Shown in pieces: positions 52,901-64,000 of a DNA stretch of 64,000 bases. Position 1 is the stretch's first letter. Each line of letters starts with the position of its first letter. The notes under the pieces are model-generated. The model made no database searches and was not told where the DNA came from. It saw only the letters and a list, made by a program, of their open reading frames with translations. The position numbers and the translations under genes are program-made. The stretch is taken from positions 2,108,001 to 2,172,000 of the forward strand of contig JBLDXI010000019.1 in NCBI GenBank assembly GCA_047495785.1, given 5' to 3'. The stretch comes from Lepidodermella squamata. Lineage: Eukaryota; Animalia; Gastrotricha.

Positions 52901-53013
52901 ATGATGCCGTTGAAGAGAATGAAAATCCGACTACAACGCCTGCTGGGAAAGTTAAATCAAAATCGAACAACGAATTGCCTCATCCGGACGTTAGAGCTGG
53001 TCTTAGAAGATAA
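49912..53013 (+). CDS. GT10 fucosyltransferase paralogue 6 (divergent active-site motifs)
   Basis: Exons 49912-50834, 52228-52423, 52477-53013; TM, LMWTPWY, FNWTWSY, YRFFFAFENTRCDDYITER, VIPVLYG; DIDPP in place of xxEPP. Confidence 0.88.
51038..51648. mobile_element. pogo/Tc2-like MITE in intron 1 of FucT paralogue 6
   Basis: TIR CCGTATTTCTCGAAAAT, TA flanks, internal direct repeat GTATATATCCCC(G/A)CTCCCTAATACAACCCGA near both ends. Confidence 0.85.
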
Positions 53014-53116
53014 TCGATTGATTTTTCTGACATGTTTACGAGCAAGGATGATTTGGAAAATTATTTGAAAATTTGGAAAATTAACTGTTAAATTCCAGAA
53101 AATTATGGGTGACTCA

Positions 53117-53593
53117 CGGCGTGTCCCATAAATTGTCGCATAAATCCGGAGAAATTTGGCCCCACTGGGTTAATTACCGAAAATTACCGAAACAGTTACC
53201 ATCGGGGTTTTCCGGGTTTTTCCGGTAAATTTTTTTATTTATTCGGTATTAAAATCTTGGATCTTGACTTAACGATGGGAGGTTCTCCCGATATGTTCCC
53301 CTCAAATGCCCCTCAATTAGCGCGATTTTTTTCTGATTTTTAATTTCAAAAAAATTAGTCAAATTCCCTGAAAAAAATTGCAATACGAAATATTTCTACA
53401 GGGTGGCCAAAAAATTCAGCAGAACGCGAATTCGATGCGCAGCAATTTGATGAGGAGTTTTAAGAAGTTGACGAATTTCAAGCATTCTTTTGCCAATGGA
53501 ACTCCTCGATATTTCGAAACTCCTGATGCGCATCGAATTCGCCTTCTGCAGAATTTTTTGGCCGCCCTGTAGGGCAACTTGTGGGACACGCTG
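53117..53593. mobile_element. Second copy of the CAGCGTGTCCCAT MITE family with nested palindromic element 53399-53569
   Basis: Ends CGGCGTGTCCCATAA / TGTGGGACACGCTG; nested TIR CAGGG(T/C)GGCCAAAAAATTC..GCGAATTCGATGCGCA with TA flanks. Confidence 0.72.
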
Positions 53594-54122
53594 TATGGAT
53601 TTAAAATTGGACTCTACTAATATTAGAAAATTAATTGATTATGAAAATAATGTGATTCAAAATTTTTTTGAAATTTAAAATTTATTTCCACCTTAATTTT
53701 TGACAATTTTACAATTTTATTGCCAATCATCCTTGCTCGTTGCTGTACCTATGTCTCGGTATTAACAGACTGTTTAAGCCGCATCTCACTCGCCATTACA
53801 TTAGAATTGTTAATTGTTTCCAGTGAATAAAGCTGCTGATATTCGCGTACGTTGTCTGGCGCTCTCAAATGCGACGAGCGCATTGTTTTTCTTTAACAAA
53901 TTTCAGCGCGTCTACAACTCAGCTTTATAAATACAGTGCAGCAAAACACCCTGAGTTACCCTGCTGTAGTAAAAACAGTCATCAGGCATTCAAATTATTT
54001 TAGCCTCATTGTGGAAATCTTTTCCATTCATAACACAATGTGAGCTGGTTTTCATGCAGCGTCATTTCTACTTTTTCAACTTGAAACGAGGGGCGAGATG
54101 TGCTCGAAACACCGATGACGTC

Positions 54123-56296
54123 ATGCGGCTTAGGTTTAAATACTTCCTAGCGCTGTCTATCGCCACGATTATCATTCTTCTATGGATTAGAGGGCGATAT
54201 TTCGGCCCACCTTTGGTCCAACGTCTAGCGTCGTTGAATTACCACATCGAACAAATTCCACGGCTTAAAAATGTCGACAGAAATTCGACGAAATTTATCT
54301 TACTCTGGACTAAATATTTCACAAACGCGAAATGGTCGCAATTTTTTGATTATTTACCGCATAAAATCGACCGAGGAGATGGCAAATCTTGCGTCTATAT
54401 GACTTCGGATGCTTTGCGGGTCGATGAAGCTGACGCCCTAGTTTTTCACGGCCCGGACGTTGACTACTACAACATACCGAACGAGCATCGAATTTCACGC
54501 CAAAAATGGGTTTATTTCGTGTTAGAATCGGCGATGAATCTGCATTATTACGAGCCGGCTTATCTTGCCGATATCAATTCGGTGACTTACAACTGGACGA
54601 TGAGTTACTCGCGGAAAAGTGATGTTTGGTACCCGTATGGCAAGTTTAAAGATGTCGACAAGTCGCAGGTGAAAAAACTTGCGAAAATTCGGTCACGCAT
54701 CGAAGGATTTAAGCGCAATTTTTGGAAGCGGAAACACGATGCTGTTTGGGTTGTCAGCAATTGCAAGTAAATTTTTGCTTTTAACATTTTCTATTTTTAA
54801 TTAATGAAAATATGATATTGCCAAATTTATTCATACCTATGAGAGCACTGTAACATTGGGTAGCTTTCGACAAAACTATGGCTTTCAAAGCTCTAAAAAT
54901 CAAAGTTTGCTGAAAAAATAAAAAATTTGAAACAACGATGGGCAAGGCGATTCCTCATTTTTCTGGTAATTTTTATAATTTGGCAACTGATTTTTCAAGA
55001 ACATAAAATTCTTCTTAAATTTAAAAAAATTTAAAAATTATTTCGATTTTTGGAATTATGTGTCTCGTAATTATGGAAGGAGTGTCCACATTTAGAGTTT
55101 TCCTTTTTTTAAATCAAGGCGAGCTCCTTAAATCTCCAAAATTTATTTACAAATACAGATTTCTCTGGCGAAGGTTTGCCAATTTTTTTCAATTTTTTGG
55201 ACGAAAGCCAATTTTTTTGAATAATGTTTTCCAACTTTAGGACCCATTACGGTATCCGCAATTTTTCCGAATATTTGACAATTTACCGCAGAATTCCCGG
55301 AAAATCCCGATGGTAATTGCTTCGGTTATTTTCGGTATTTTACCCAGGTGTACCAAATTTCTCCGAATTTTTTAATTCCATTTGCAATCTACTCTCATGA
55401 CATTTTAGATTTTTCTAAAAAATTTTCTAAAGATTCCTATGAGTTCATTTCTCTTTAAGGGTTTCTAATCATTTTTCGTGCATTTGCGTCACTTGCGGGA
55501 CACGCTGTCTCAAATAGATTCCATTTTCCCCATTAGATTTTAATTTTTAATTTTTTTTTATAGAACCCCTTCATTTCGAGAGCGGCTTGTTCATAAACTA
55601 AAACTGCTTGGAATGGACATAAAAATAATCGGCGAATGCGGCCAATCATTCAACGGAAGCGTCAGTTCGGTCGATTTCAGCCACTACCGCTTCTACTTCG
55701 CCATGGAAAACACGCTATGCAGCGATTATATGACTGAAAAAGTTTTCCACGGCTACGACGCCGCTCTTCAGTACGGTCTCATCCCAATCGTTTACGGCGG
55801 CTCGAAATTCGATGAACTACTCCCACGAAATTCCTACATCGACGCCAAGTCTTTCAAATCAGCTACGGATTTATTTCATTATTTACAAAATATTCGCGAC
55901 AAATTGGACACATTTTTTGAATGGCAAATGTCGTTCGAGCTTGACGGTGATTACAACCGAAGTTTCACGGGCAAGCACCACGAATCGCGGCTAGGCTGGC
56001 CGGCTCTGTGCGACAAATTATGGCAGGAAAATCCGATTTCAACCATCGAAAATGTTGCCAGTCACTTCGGCCCGTGTGAACGAAAAGTCGACTCGGCCTA
56101 CTTTCAATTGACCCAGGAGGAAACTGTGCGGTTATACGTGCCAGATATCGAGAATATGCTGCGCCTTGTCAAGCCGAATTCGATTTCGCCTAACGGGACT
56201 TTTGACTTTGAAACGTTGAAAAATCAGCTGTTAAGTGGCGAACACGGCATAAATGATGCGATGCTTTTTGGATCTTTGATGTCAGTCTCATTTTGA
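54123..56296 (+). CDS. GT10 alpha-1,3/4-fucosyltransferase paralogue 7
   Basis: Exon 1 54123-54766 (TM YFLALSIATIIILLWI; VLES; WVVSNC); exon 2 55564-56296 (YRFYFAMENTLCSDYMTEK); ~70-aa C-terminal extension. Confidence 0.9.
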
Positions 56297-56523
56297 AACA
56301 CGATTAGTCTAATAATAAAGACGAGATTTTTTCGCAAAATTTGTAATTTTAGACTGTTGAAACCGAGTTAAATCGAGCTGAGGGAGCCATTCTGGAAATT
56401 ATAGAATTTTTCGGTAACTAACTTCAAGCTTCAAAGTTCGGAGTTTTCAAGTATTTCCTGTCCCGATCACTTAAGTATAATTTTCTATTGAAAAAAGCAA
56501 ATCTCTGAAAATTTAAATTTAAA

Positions 56524-56966
56524 CGGTGTGGCTATTAGCACATAATTATGTGCCTCTTATTGGCTATTGGCACATAACATTTTTCATTTAACTGCTTTTT
56601 TCGGGAGTTTAATTCCCAGATACCAGCATTTCAACCTTGCATTAGCATCCTTGCATTAGCGGCGAATTCACTGGAATCGTCGGATTTCACGTAACTATGC
56701 GATAGACTTCAGATACTCTACTTGGGCTACCCATTGGATGACGGATACCCCGATTTGCGGGCCCATGACTGCAATTTCGATATCGCCATTCGATTCCCCG
56801 TTGACGAAAACCCTAATATCAATACTCGTGGAACATTTCGATGCGTGACTTTCTAAAGCATCGAAAATTGAAATTAGCGTTATGTGCCAATAGCCATTAA
56901 GGGGCACATAATTTATGTGCCAATAGCCAATAAGAGGCACATAATTATGTGCCAATAGCAACACCC
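56524..56966. mobile_element. Mutator-like MITE
   Basis: TIRs made of GCTATTGGCACATAA repeats; 9-bp TSD AAATTTAAA (56515-56523 / 56967-56975). Confidence 0.85.
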
Positions 56967-58082
56967 AAATTTAAAATTGCTATTCGGATCCTGGCTCAAA
57001 CAACTCGGGATAGCAAGATATGTTTAGATCTGTTTTTTTCTGCTTTGATCCTGATAATATGCTACAATATCTGGGAATTTTACAGCGGATAGCGGAAAAT
57101 ATTCGCTTGAATGCCAGCTACCTGAGGCTATTTGAACCCCCTGAATTCGATATTTCCCCTAAAAAATATATACTATGTTGTAGCATCATACATTTTTTAT
57201 TCCACCTATAGGATAACTGAACGAGGGTTCAATCGATATCAAACCAGACGTTGTTCAATACTATCACTTCACTCTTAATTTTTTTAACCTGCCAGATAAA
57301 AAGTCCCATTTCGCAAAATACTGGGTACATCAACTATTGCTACTGAGCGGCATTTCAAAAATCATTAGTCATCGCACAAGCAGCCCCAATTGAGGCGAAA
57401 GTACGCGTATATAGGTAAGATAATTTCACGTATACCGTATTAGCTTTTCATTTCAAATATTTTCGTCGGTTTTAGAAATAGTGCTACATGCTTCGAAGTG
57501 AAATAATGAAAGCAGCCTTTACGCCACAACCACGCGGCACTGCTGTTGCTTTCAACGGTGAAGAATACATTTTCGAATAGCGGTGAAAGGGTTTTAAGCT
57601 GTGGCGTACCTGTTTTCAACTGAAATTTGATATCAAAGGGCAAAGGGTGCTTTGATATAAAGAAAGGGACACATTTCTAGGTGTCTACAGCGCCCTTGCT
57701 GTAACTACGTTCTAACAATTTTGGCCTAGATTTGCGATGGAATTTGCCGCAGTGAGAAATTTCACTGTGTCTCGTAACATGCTACCTTATTAGCAAAATT
57801 AATAGCTAGCTGCAGTTTCCTCCTTCTTGTAATCTGCTGCTTGAACTACAGCCTCAAGCGTCAAGGCCTTATAAGTTATGCACAAGATATCGACATTTCG
57901 GGTGCCGCAAAGTTCCCCAAAAAAAGGATAACGCAGTATTGGCGATCTGCGAGAGGTGCAAAAATGTATCGACCGATTCCCAGTTCAACCAACCAGGAAG
58001 TGTGATTTTCCATATTCAGCAAAATTTGGTCACAGGAAAGGCTGTTATCCACCGTTGTTTAGCCACGCTTCATTCTTCCTCC

Positions 58083-59724
58083 ATGAATACCTCAAGTGAC
58101 AAAATACTGCCGAATAATTGTACTTACCGCTTGATATCTTACTGCAATTTGCTACTCCTTGGACTGCTGGTGGCCATTTTCATCGCATGGCAAACAGGGG
58201 CTCACGAAAAGTTGTTTCCGTCATCTTTCCGAGGTCGCAAGTCATCGTACCCTACTACTACGGCATCTATTCCTACGCCGGCTAATCTTGGCGCGACTTT
58301 CGCTATCGATATACCGAAAGAGATTGCATTTCAGCCTCCAATTTCACCTGAACAGTACTATAAGGATAATCCGAACTGGCAGTATGAAATAACCCCTCGC
58401 TACCACGATTTCTCTAACGACACCCCTACCAAAACCGTCATCCTGTGGACGCCATTCTTCGGCGACTGGTCCGACCATTTTATCCACAATTACGGGCCTT
58501 ACGTCGAACTTGAAGCCTACAACTTCACGCGAAGATGTTTTTTCACGAGAAAACGGGACGCAGTAGAAACAGCTAGTGCTTTCATGTTCCACGCGCCTGA
58601 TATCAACGACCAGGACATGCCACAGGTGAGGTATCCATTTCAACGATGGGTGTTCTATGACCACGAATCACCGGCGAATTTGGCGTTTCCAGATGAGAAA
58701 TGGGAGAGGATGAATATGATAGGTTTCAATTGGACGATGTCTTATGCGAAAACAAATGATATTCACTACCCTTATGGTTACTTGCGAAGGTCGAAGGTCC
58801 CACTGAACGTCACAGCTTGGCGGGAGAAGGTTATTGGCTTTGCGAAAAGCTTCAAGAACCGACCAAAAGATGGTGTTTGGATTGTAAGCAATTGCTGGTA
58901 AGTCAATTGAAACACTTAGCAACCGTTGCTAGGATTAAGCGTCGCTATTTTCCAGGGCTAGATCAGCGCGTAAGGAATTGGTGGACGCTCTCATTCGATT
59001 GGGTCTCAATATTGACGTATTTGGAAACTGTGGCAATCCTGGTGTTGATGAGTTGTGGCGGGTAAATGGCCAGCGACACTTCTTCTCCCAATACCGGTTC
59101 GTTCTAGCTCCTGAGAATTCGCTCTGCGATGGTTACATAACCGAAAAAGCTTTTCGTGCTTTCTATGGCAACTTCATCGCTGGCCCGATACCTATTGTCT
59201 ACGGCGGTGGGAATTACAGTGATTTCTTCCTAAATGGAAGCTACCTCAATATTAGAAGCTACAAGAAAGTCAGCGAACTGGCCGATCATATGAAAAGACT
59301 GTCGAAGCTCGACGAAAAATCTAAGGAGTTGTTGAAATTCTACCATTGGCAAAAGGAAATCAACCCAGCTTACGAGCTTGGCTACGAAATCGAATCACAC
59401 TTCTTCGATGCTTTCCGTCTATTGTCGATTGCTAGAAAGGTTCCGGATTCTAGCCTAAATGAACAGCTGGCCTTCTACACCCGATGGCGATATTTCTCGG
59501 CCCCTTATTCCTTTCCCGGTGAACGAGAGAGCAAAGTAGCTCCGGATTGTTACGCGTATTACTACACGAAGAGGGTCGGAATGCGCAAGTTGTGCGGAAT
59601 GCTCTGGGAACAAGATACCGGTACTAATAAGAACCAACTGCCAAAGTACCATTCAGTTGTCGAGGACGTGCATCGCAACGTCGGCCATTGCCTTCCGTCT
59701 GAAGAAGTTATCATAGATGGGTGA
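58083..59724 (+). CDS. GT10 alpha-1,3/4-fucosyltransferase paralogue 8
   Basis: Exon 1 58083-58897 (TM LLLLGLLVAIFIAW; DHESP; WIVSNC), 58-nt intron, exon 2 58956-59724 (YRFVLAPENSLCDGYITEK). Confidence 0.9.
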
Positions 59725-59839
59725 TTCGACTGATAGGCCAGTGATTCTCACATTTTTTCACCCTCATTGAACTATTTTATTAAAATAAATCTCATTGTCA
59801 TTTCACTTTTAATGTTAAACTAATGTGACCAGCGGTTCT

Positions 59840-61485
59840 CTAGAACAAGTCATTGATTGGGCCGAAAGAAGTTGACGGCATTGGCCTGCCGCTGTAATCA
59901 TCAAATTCGCACGGTTTTGACGAGAAATGCAGGTGTCGGCGTGTTGGTGCTAGCGAAAAGTGTGACGCCGATTCCGCAAAGCCACTTCGCGTTATGACCA
60001 GCCGATCCATCTTAGTCAGCAGTAACCAGTCGACGTAGATTTTAGCCGCTTCGAACCACGCCGAGTCATCTGTAGCCGAAACTTGCGGCAGCTCTTCAAT
60101 GTGCCTTATCGTCAGATTCTGGCTTTTGTCAGTCGTGAACATTTTCACAGTTGAAGAGAAGTTGGTGAACACAGTGGATGTAAGAAGGTTCTTCATGTCG
60201 AGATAGGTCTTGTCGTCGTCGCTGGTCATGAAGATTGTGACATTTTTCCCTGTGAAGACATCCGAAGCTAGAACTTGAGCCAACTCGTTAGCGAAGCACT
60301 GCAGATCTGATGACTTGTAAACGGATGGATTGTCTTGCTCTGAGAGAAAAATTGAGCATTAGTTAGAGAGGTTTAGGGAGTATCAAAGGTCAACGATAAA
60401 AAAATCAAATTTCCACACTTAATATCATTTTTCAGAAATTTTACTCAATTTACTTAGGTTAAGATTAGGTTAAGATTTAAGAGAGCTTACTTACTTGAAA
60501 ATGCCAGTGTCCGCAGCTGGATGCCAATTTTGAGTGACTGCCTCCAAAATTTGAGTCCTACAGTTCCAGCAATTACCTTTTCGACAAGCTTTTGCAGCTT
60601 CGCATTCGGTTTCTCGAAAATGATTTGAAGAGCAGCTGACAGCGCAATATTGAAATCCTTGTTGTTGTCCAGCAAACCCGGCGCGAAATGTTCAAAATTA
60701 GGCTTGAACACTTCATTTTTCAGCAATGCATCCAGTCCAGCATGCCGATTCGACATCAATTTTACGTGTTTGAATTGATTAATTTCCCGAGGCAAACTCT
60801 TTCGCGCCATCAAATTGAAATATTTCCTAGCTTCAAGATTATCAAAGTGGCACATCCATTTTGTATTTTCCGGGCTGTAAGAGTTGCCGTAGAGCTTCGA
60901 GAAAACGTCGGTATCGGCGTTGTAGTAATGTTCGTTAACATCGAAATATTCGGAGACATCCGCCGGCTTTGTCCAATCAAAGTTGAAAACTCGACCAGTG
61001 GCGATCGCAAGGTAGAAAGCGATAACCGTACCTCTTAGCCGATCACCTAAGCCGTTGCAATAGCTAGGTTTTGTGAAAGTACAGTTTCCTTTCTGTCTAA
61101 CAGCGGGATACATGAAGTCGAAACAGGTAATATTGCTCGGGAAAGCATTCGGCTTGCAGAAAGAAGTTACAAATCGAATTTCACTCCGATTTTCCGATTT
61201 TAACAGCGCTTCCATTCGAGCCAAGTAGTTTTTCCGGATCGATTCAGCCAGTGCTCTTGCCTGGGCTTGTCTCGGAGAAATAGGCGCTTTCACCTTTTCA
61301 GGTAGTAGGTCTTTTTCTAAGCGACCGGCACTTTGCATCACCCGGTGGATAAAATTGCTCCATTCAGAATCGAAAGCAGTGTCTCTGTGTAGCTCGAACT
61401 TTGGGGTTAAAAGTAAAAATCCACTCATACCGAGAAAGACAGAAGTTAACAGGAAGCATCTATTAGATCGCATCTTCCTTATCAT
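59840..61485 (-). CDS. Non-GT10 fucosyltransferase with alpha-1,2/alpha-1,6-type motifs (GT11/GT23/GT37/NodZ-like)
   Basis: Exons 61485-60495 and 60339-59840 in frame; N-terminal TM; NGLGDRLRG..FYLAIATGR, IGIQLRT (motif I), IFMTSDD (motif II), DWLLL..MDRLVITRSGF (motif III). Confidence 0.8.
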
Positions 61486-62014
61486 TCTAAAAATGCCCTA
61501 TGAATTGGTCGGATAGTTGGAAGTGATTATAGCAAAGAATATGCCATACGTCGGTAGTTCTTACTACATCAAGTCACTTTTTACGCTTTAATATGAATAT
61601 TTTCACGCAAATATTGAAAATTGTAGAGACGGCTTCATTCATAAAAAAATTCGGCACGCGTTCGCATCTACGGTTAGATTTTTTTGTCATCAGAAAACTT
61701 GTTTGGAAACAGGTTTCATTAGCCACTTCATTGGGTTCCAGAAATTGCTTCGATTTTCAATTCAGCCGTGGAATCGTTTTAGTTTATTGGACCATACCCG
61801 GAATTTGAGGAATTTGAGGGAGAATTCACAGTCAAATTGTAGCAAAATGTTCACCCTAATCCCGAACAAAGTGCGTGAAAACAATGCTCTCATTACAACG
61901 ATATTGCTCAACAATTCACAGCATACTTATAAGCGGTGCATTAACTAAGTCTACGTAGGTAACAATCAATGGCGCTGCACTGGCTATTTGTAACATTTAC
62001 GCATTATATACAAT

Positions 62015-63449
62015 ATGTTCACATGTCGAAAAAATGAAATAATGCGAATACGCGTGAAAAGACTCATTTGCTACCTGTCTGGCTTCTTATCATTTTGTTT
62101 GCTCATTGAAGTCATCAACATATCATTATTCGCCGGCAACGGACAGCGATATCACGATGGTCCCATGCGCATTATGCTTTGGACCAAATTTTTCGGCGAC
62201 CCGAAATGGAAAACGTTTTTCAAATCGCTACCAGCGACTTTGCATTACAAGAATCAGGATCAGCAATGCATTATCATGACGAGGGATCAATTAGCGTTAA
62301 AGGATGCCGATGCAGTGATATACCATGCCTACGATCTCGTGGATTTAGACTTTGAAAATCGAACTCGGACCCAATATTGGACTTATTTCACGCTGGAATC
62401 TCCGAAAAGCATGTGGGCAGTCGAGGCGCTTGAAAATCAATTACGGCTGATTAATACCGTGAAATTTAACTGGACTATGAGCTACAACCGGAAAAATGAT
62501 ATTTGGTATCCTTATGGCAAGTTCAAGCCAAGATCTGGCGAGAGTTCGCTTGACGTTCGGTCGAAAATAGCTGCCTTCCGGGAAGATTTCGCCTCTAGGC
62601 CTAGGGATGCTGTTTGGATTGTTAGCAACTGTCGGTAAGTTTTTTTGCAAATTAAAAAATGTGATTCATTTGCCATATTCTTACAGCGCGTCCTCAGAGC
62701 GAGAAAAGCTAGTCGCCAAACTTCGCAGCTTAGGACTGGATATTCAAGAGTTCGGCGAATGTAACGGCAAAAAGTTCAACGAAAGCGTTAGCTCAATAGA
62801 TTTCAGCTCTTACCGTTACTTCCTAGCCCTGGAGAACTCGTTATGTGAAGATTACATATCAGAAAAGGTATTCCAAGCCTATCATGCAGGCCTGCGTTAC
62901 GGAGTAATACCTATCATTTACGGCTCGGCCGATTACCGTGGCATGCTGCCACCTCACTCTTATATAGATGCTCGATCTTTCCGGAAAGTTTCAAATCTTT
63001 ACGATTTTCTCGCGCAGCTGTCGTCGAAAAATGGAACGCATATGCTTGCCAGCTTTTATGAGTGGCAAATTTACAACGAATTGGACGGCTATGATGAAAG
63101 CGGCAGTCATTACGTGTCAAAACATGGCTGGCCAGCTTTATGCGAGAAATTGTGGACAAGCATTGGTGAAGAATACACGGTCGACAATGTCTGGCACCAT
63201 CTCGGCCCTTGTGTTGGAAAGATTGACCAATCATATTTCGACATGTCAATACGAGAGGTTGCTAAGCTGTATATTCCAGATATTTACCATAGAATAATCG
63301 CGGTCAGGCCTCAGGCTCTCTATGATGGTTCTATTAACTGGGAGCAGCTCATTTCTCAATACAAATTCCAGGACCCGGCGACTGCGTGGGATAGAATAAA
63401 CTTTGAATACTACAGCATTTTGAATAAGCCTCAAGCGAATGAGTTTTGA
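62015..63449 (+). CDS. GT10 alpha-1,3/4-fucosyltransferase paralogue 9
   Basis: Exon 1 62015-62634, 52-nt intron, exon 2 62687-63449; TLESP, WIVSNC, YRYFLALENSLCEDYISEK; closest to paralogue 7. Confidence 0.9.
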
Positions 63450-63497
63450 ATGTGATGCTCTCTCATAGAATAAATTCATTCACATCATTTTTACTTG

Positions 63498-64000
63498 ATG
63501 ATTATACGCGTTAAAAGAATTTCTATTTCTATTATTAGGCACTACAAATGCCTGCTTTTACTCTTTTGCTTTCTGATTTTGATTTCGTTCATTCGACGAT
63601 GGCTTGCACAGAAGGCTGACTCGGAGGAGGAAGCCCGCCTCAATCGGCTGGCGCAGAAATTTTATCGCGAACACCCGAATTGGCAATATGAAATCTCAAG
63701 TCGCCTACATGATGCTGAAAAGCAAATCCCTACTAAAACAGTGTTACTATGGACAACATTTTTCGGCGACTGGTCTGACCATTTCGGTCACAACTATGGT
63801 CCCTATGTCGAACTGGAGGCTTACAACAACTCGAAACGGTGTTTTTTCACGAGGAAACGAGATTTTATTGAAGACGCTAGTGCTTTGATCTTTCATGGCC
63901 CTGATTTGCGGCTTGAAGATATGCCTTCGATAAGGCACCGCTTTCAGAGATGGATTTTCTACATGCATGAAACTCCAATCAATGCTCACTTTGTCACCTT
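63498..64000 (+). CDS. GT10 alpha-1,3/4-fucosyltransferase paralogue 10 (5' part, runs off the window; absent from the ORF track)
   Basis: Open frame MIIRVKRISISIIRHYKCLLLLFCFLILISFIRRW..HPNWQYEI..PTKTVLLWTTFFGDWSDHF..NYGPYVELEAYN..MHETP; closest to paralogue 8. Confidence 0.85.
   Translation, partial: MIIRVKRISISIIRHYKCLLLLFCFLILISFIRRWLAQKADSEEEARLNRLAQKFYREHPNWQYEISSRLHDAEKQIPTKTVLLWTTFFGDWSDHFGHNYGPYVELEAYNNSKRCFFTRKRDFIEDASALIFHGPDLRLEDMPSIRHRFQRWIFYMHETPINAHFVT

Noticed and set aside
57939-58082. TTG-initiated N-terminal extensions in the ORF track (also 54009-54122)
   Set aside because: Eukaryotic genes; downstream ATGs give the expected short cytosolic tail before the TM anchor.

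Overview
Eukaryotic (invertebrate animal-like) genomic DNA with short GT-AG introns (often 45-60 nt) and no obvious CpG depletion. The window is dominated by a fucosylation gene island: ten GT10 alpha-1,3/4-fucosyltransferase paralogues (two cut by the window edges) plus one unrelated fucosyltransferase carrying alpha-2/alpha-6-type motifs. Interspersed are two tandem, highly divergent nuclear receptors with enlarged zinc-finger loops, a temptin + copper type II monooxygenase-fold gene that has lost three of six canonical Cu ligands, a small secreted two-sushi protein, and three damaged tRNA genes. There are two apparently intact Mutator-family transposase genes. One is a Phantom-like element in a FucT intron. 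The other sits between a perfect 72-bp inverted repeat with no TSD, inside an outer element with hAT-like ends and an 8-bp TSD. About ten MITEs with identifiable TIRs/TSDs are also present. Exon boundaries were read by eye from splice signals, phase consistency and paralogue comparison. Family assignments rest on motif recognition, not database searches.
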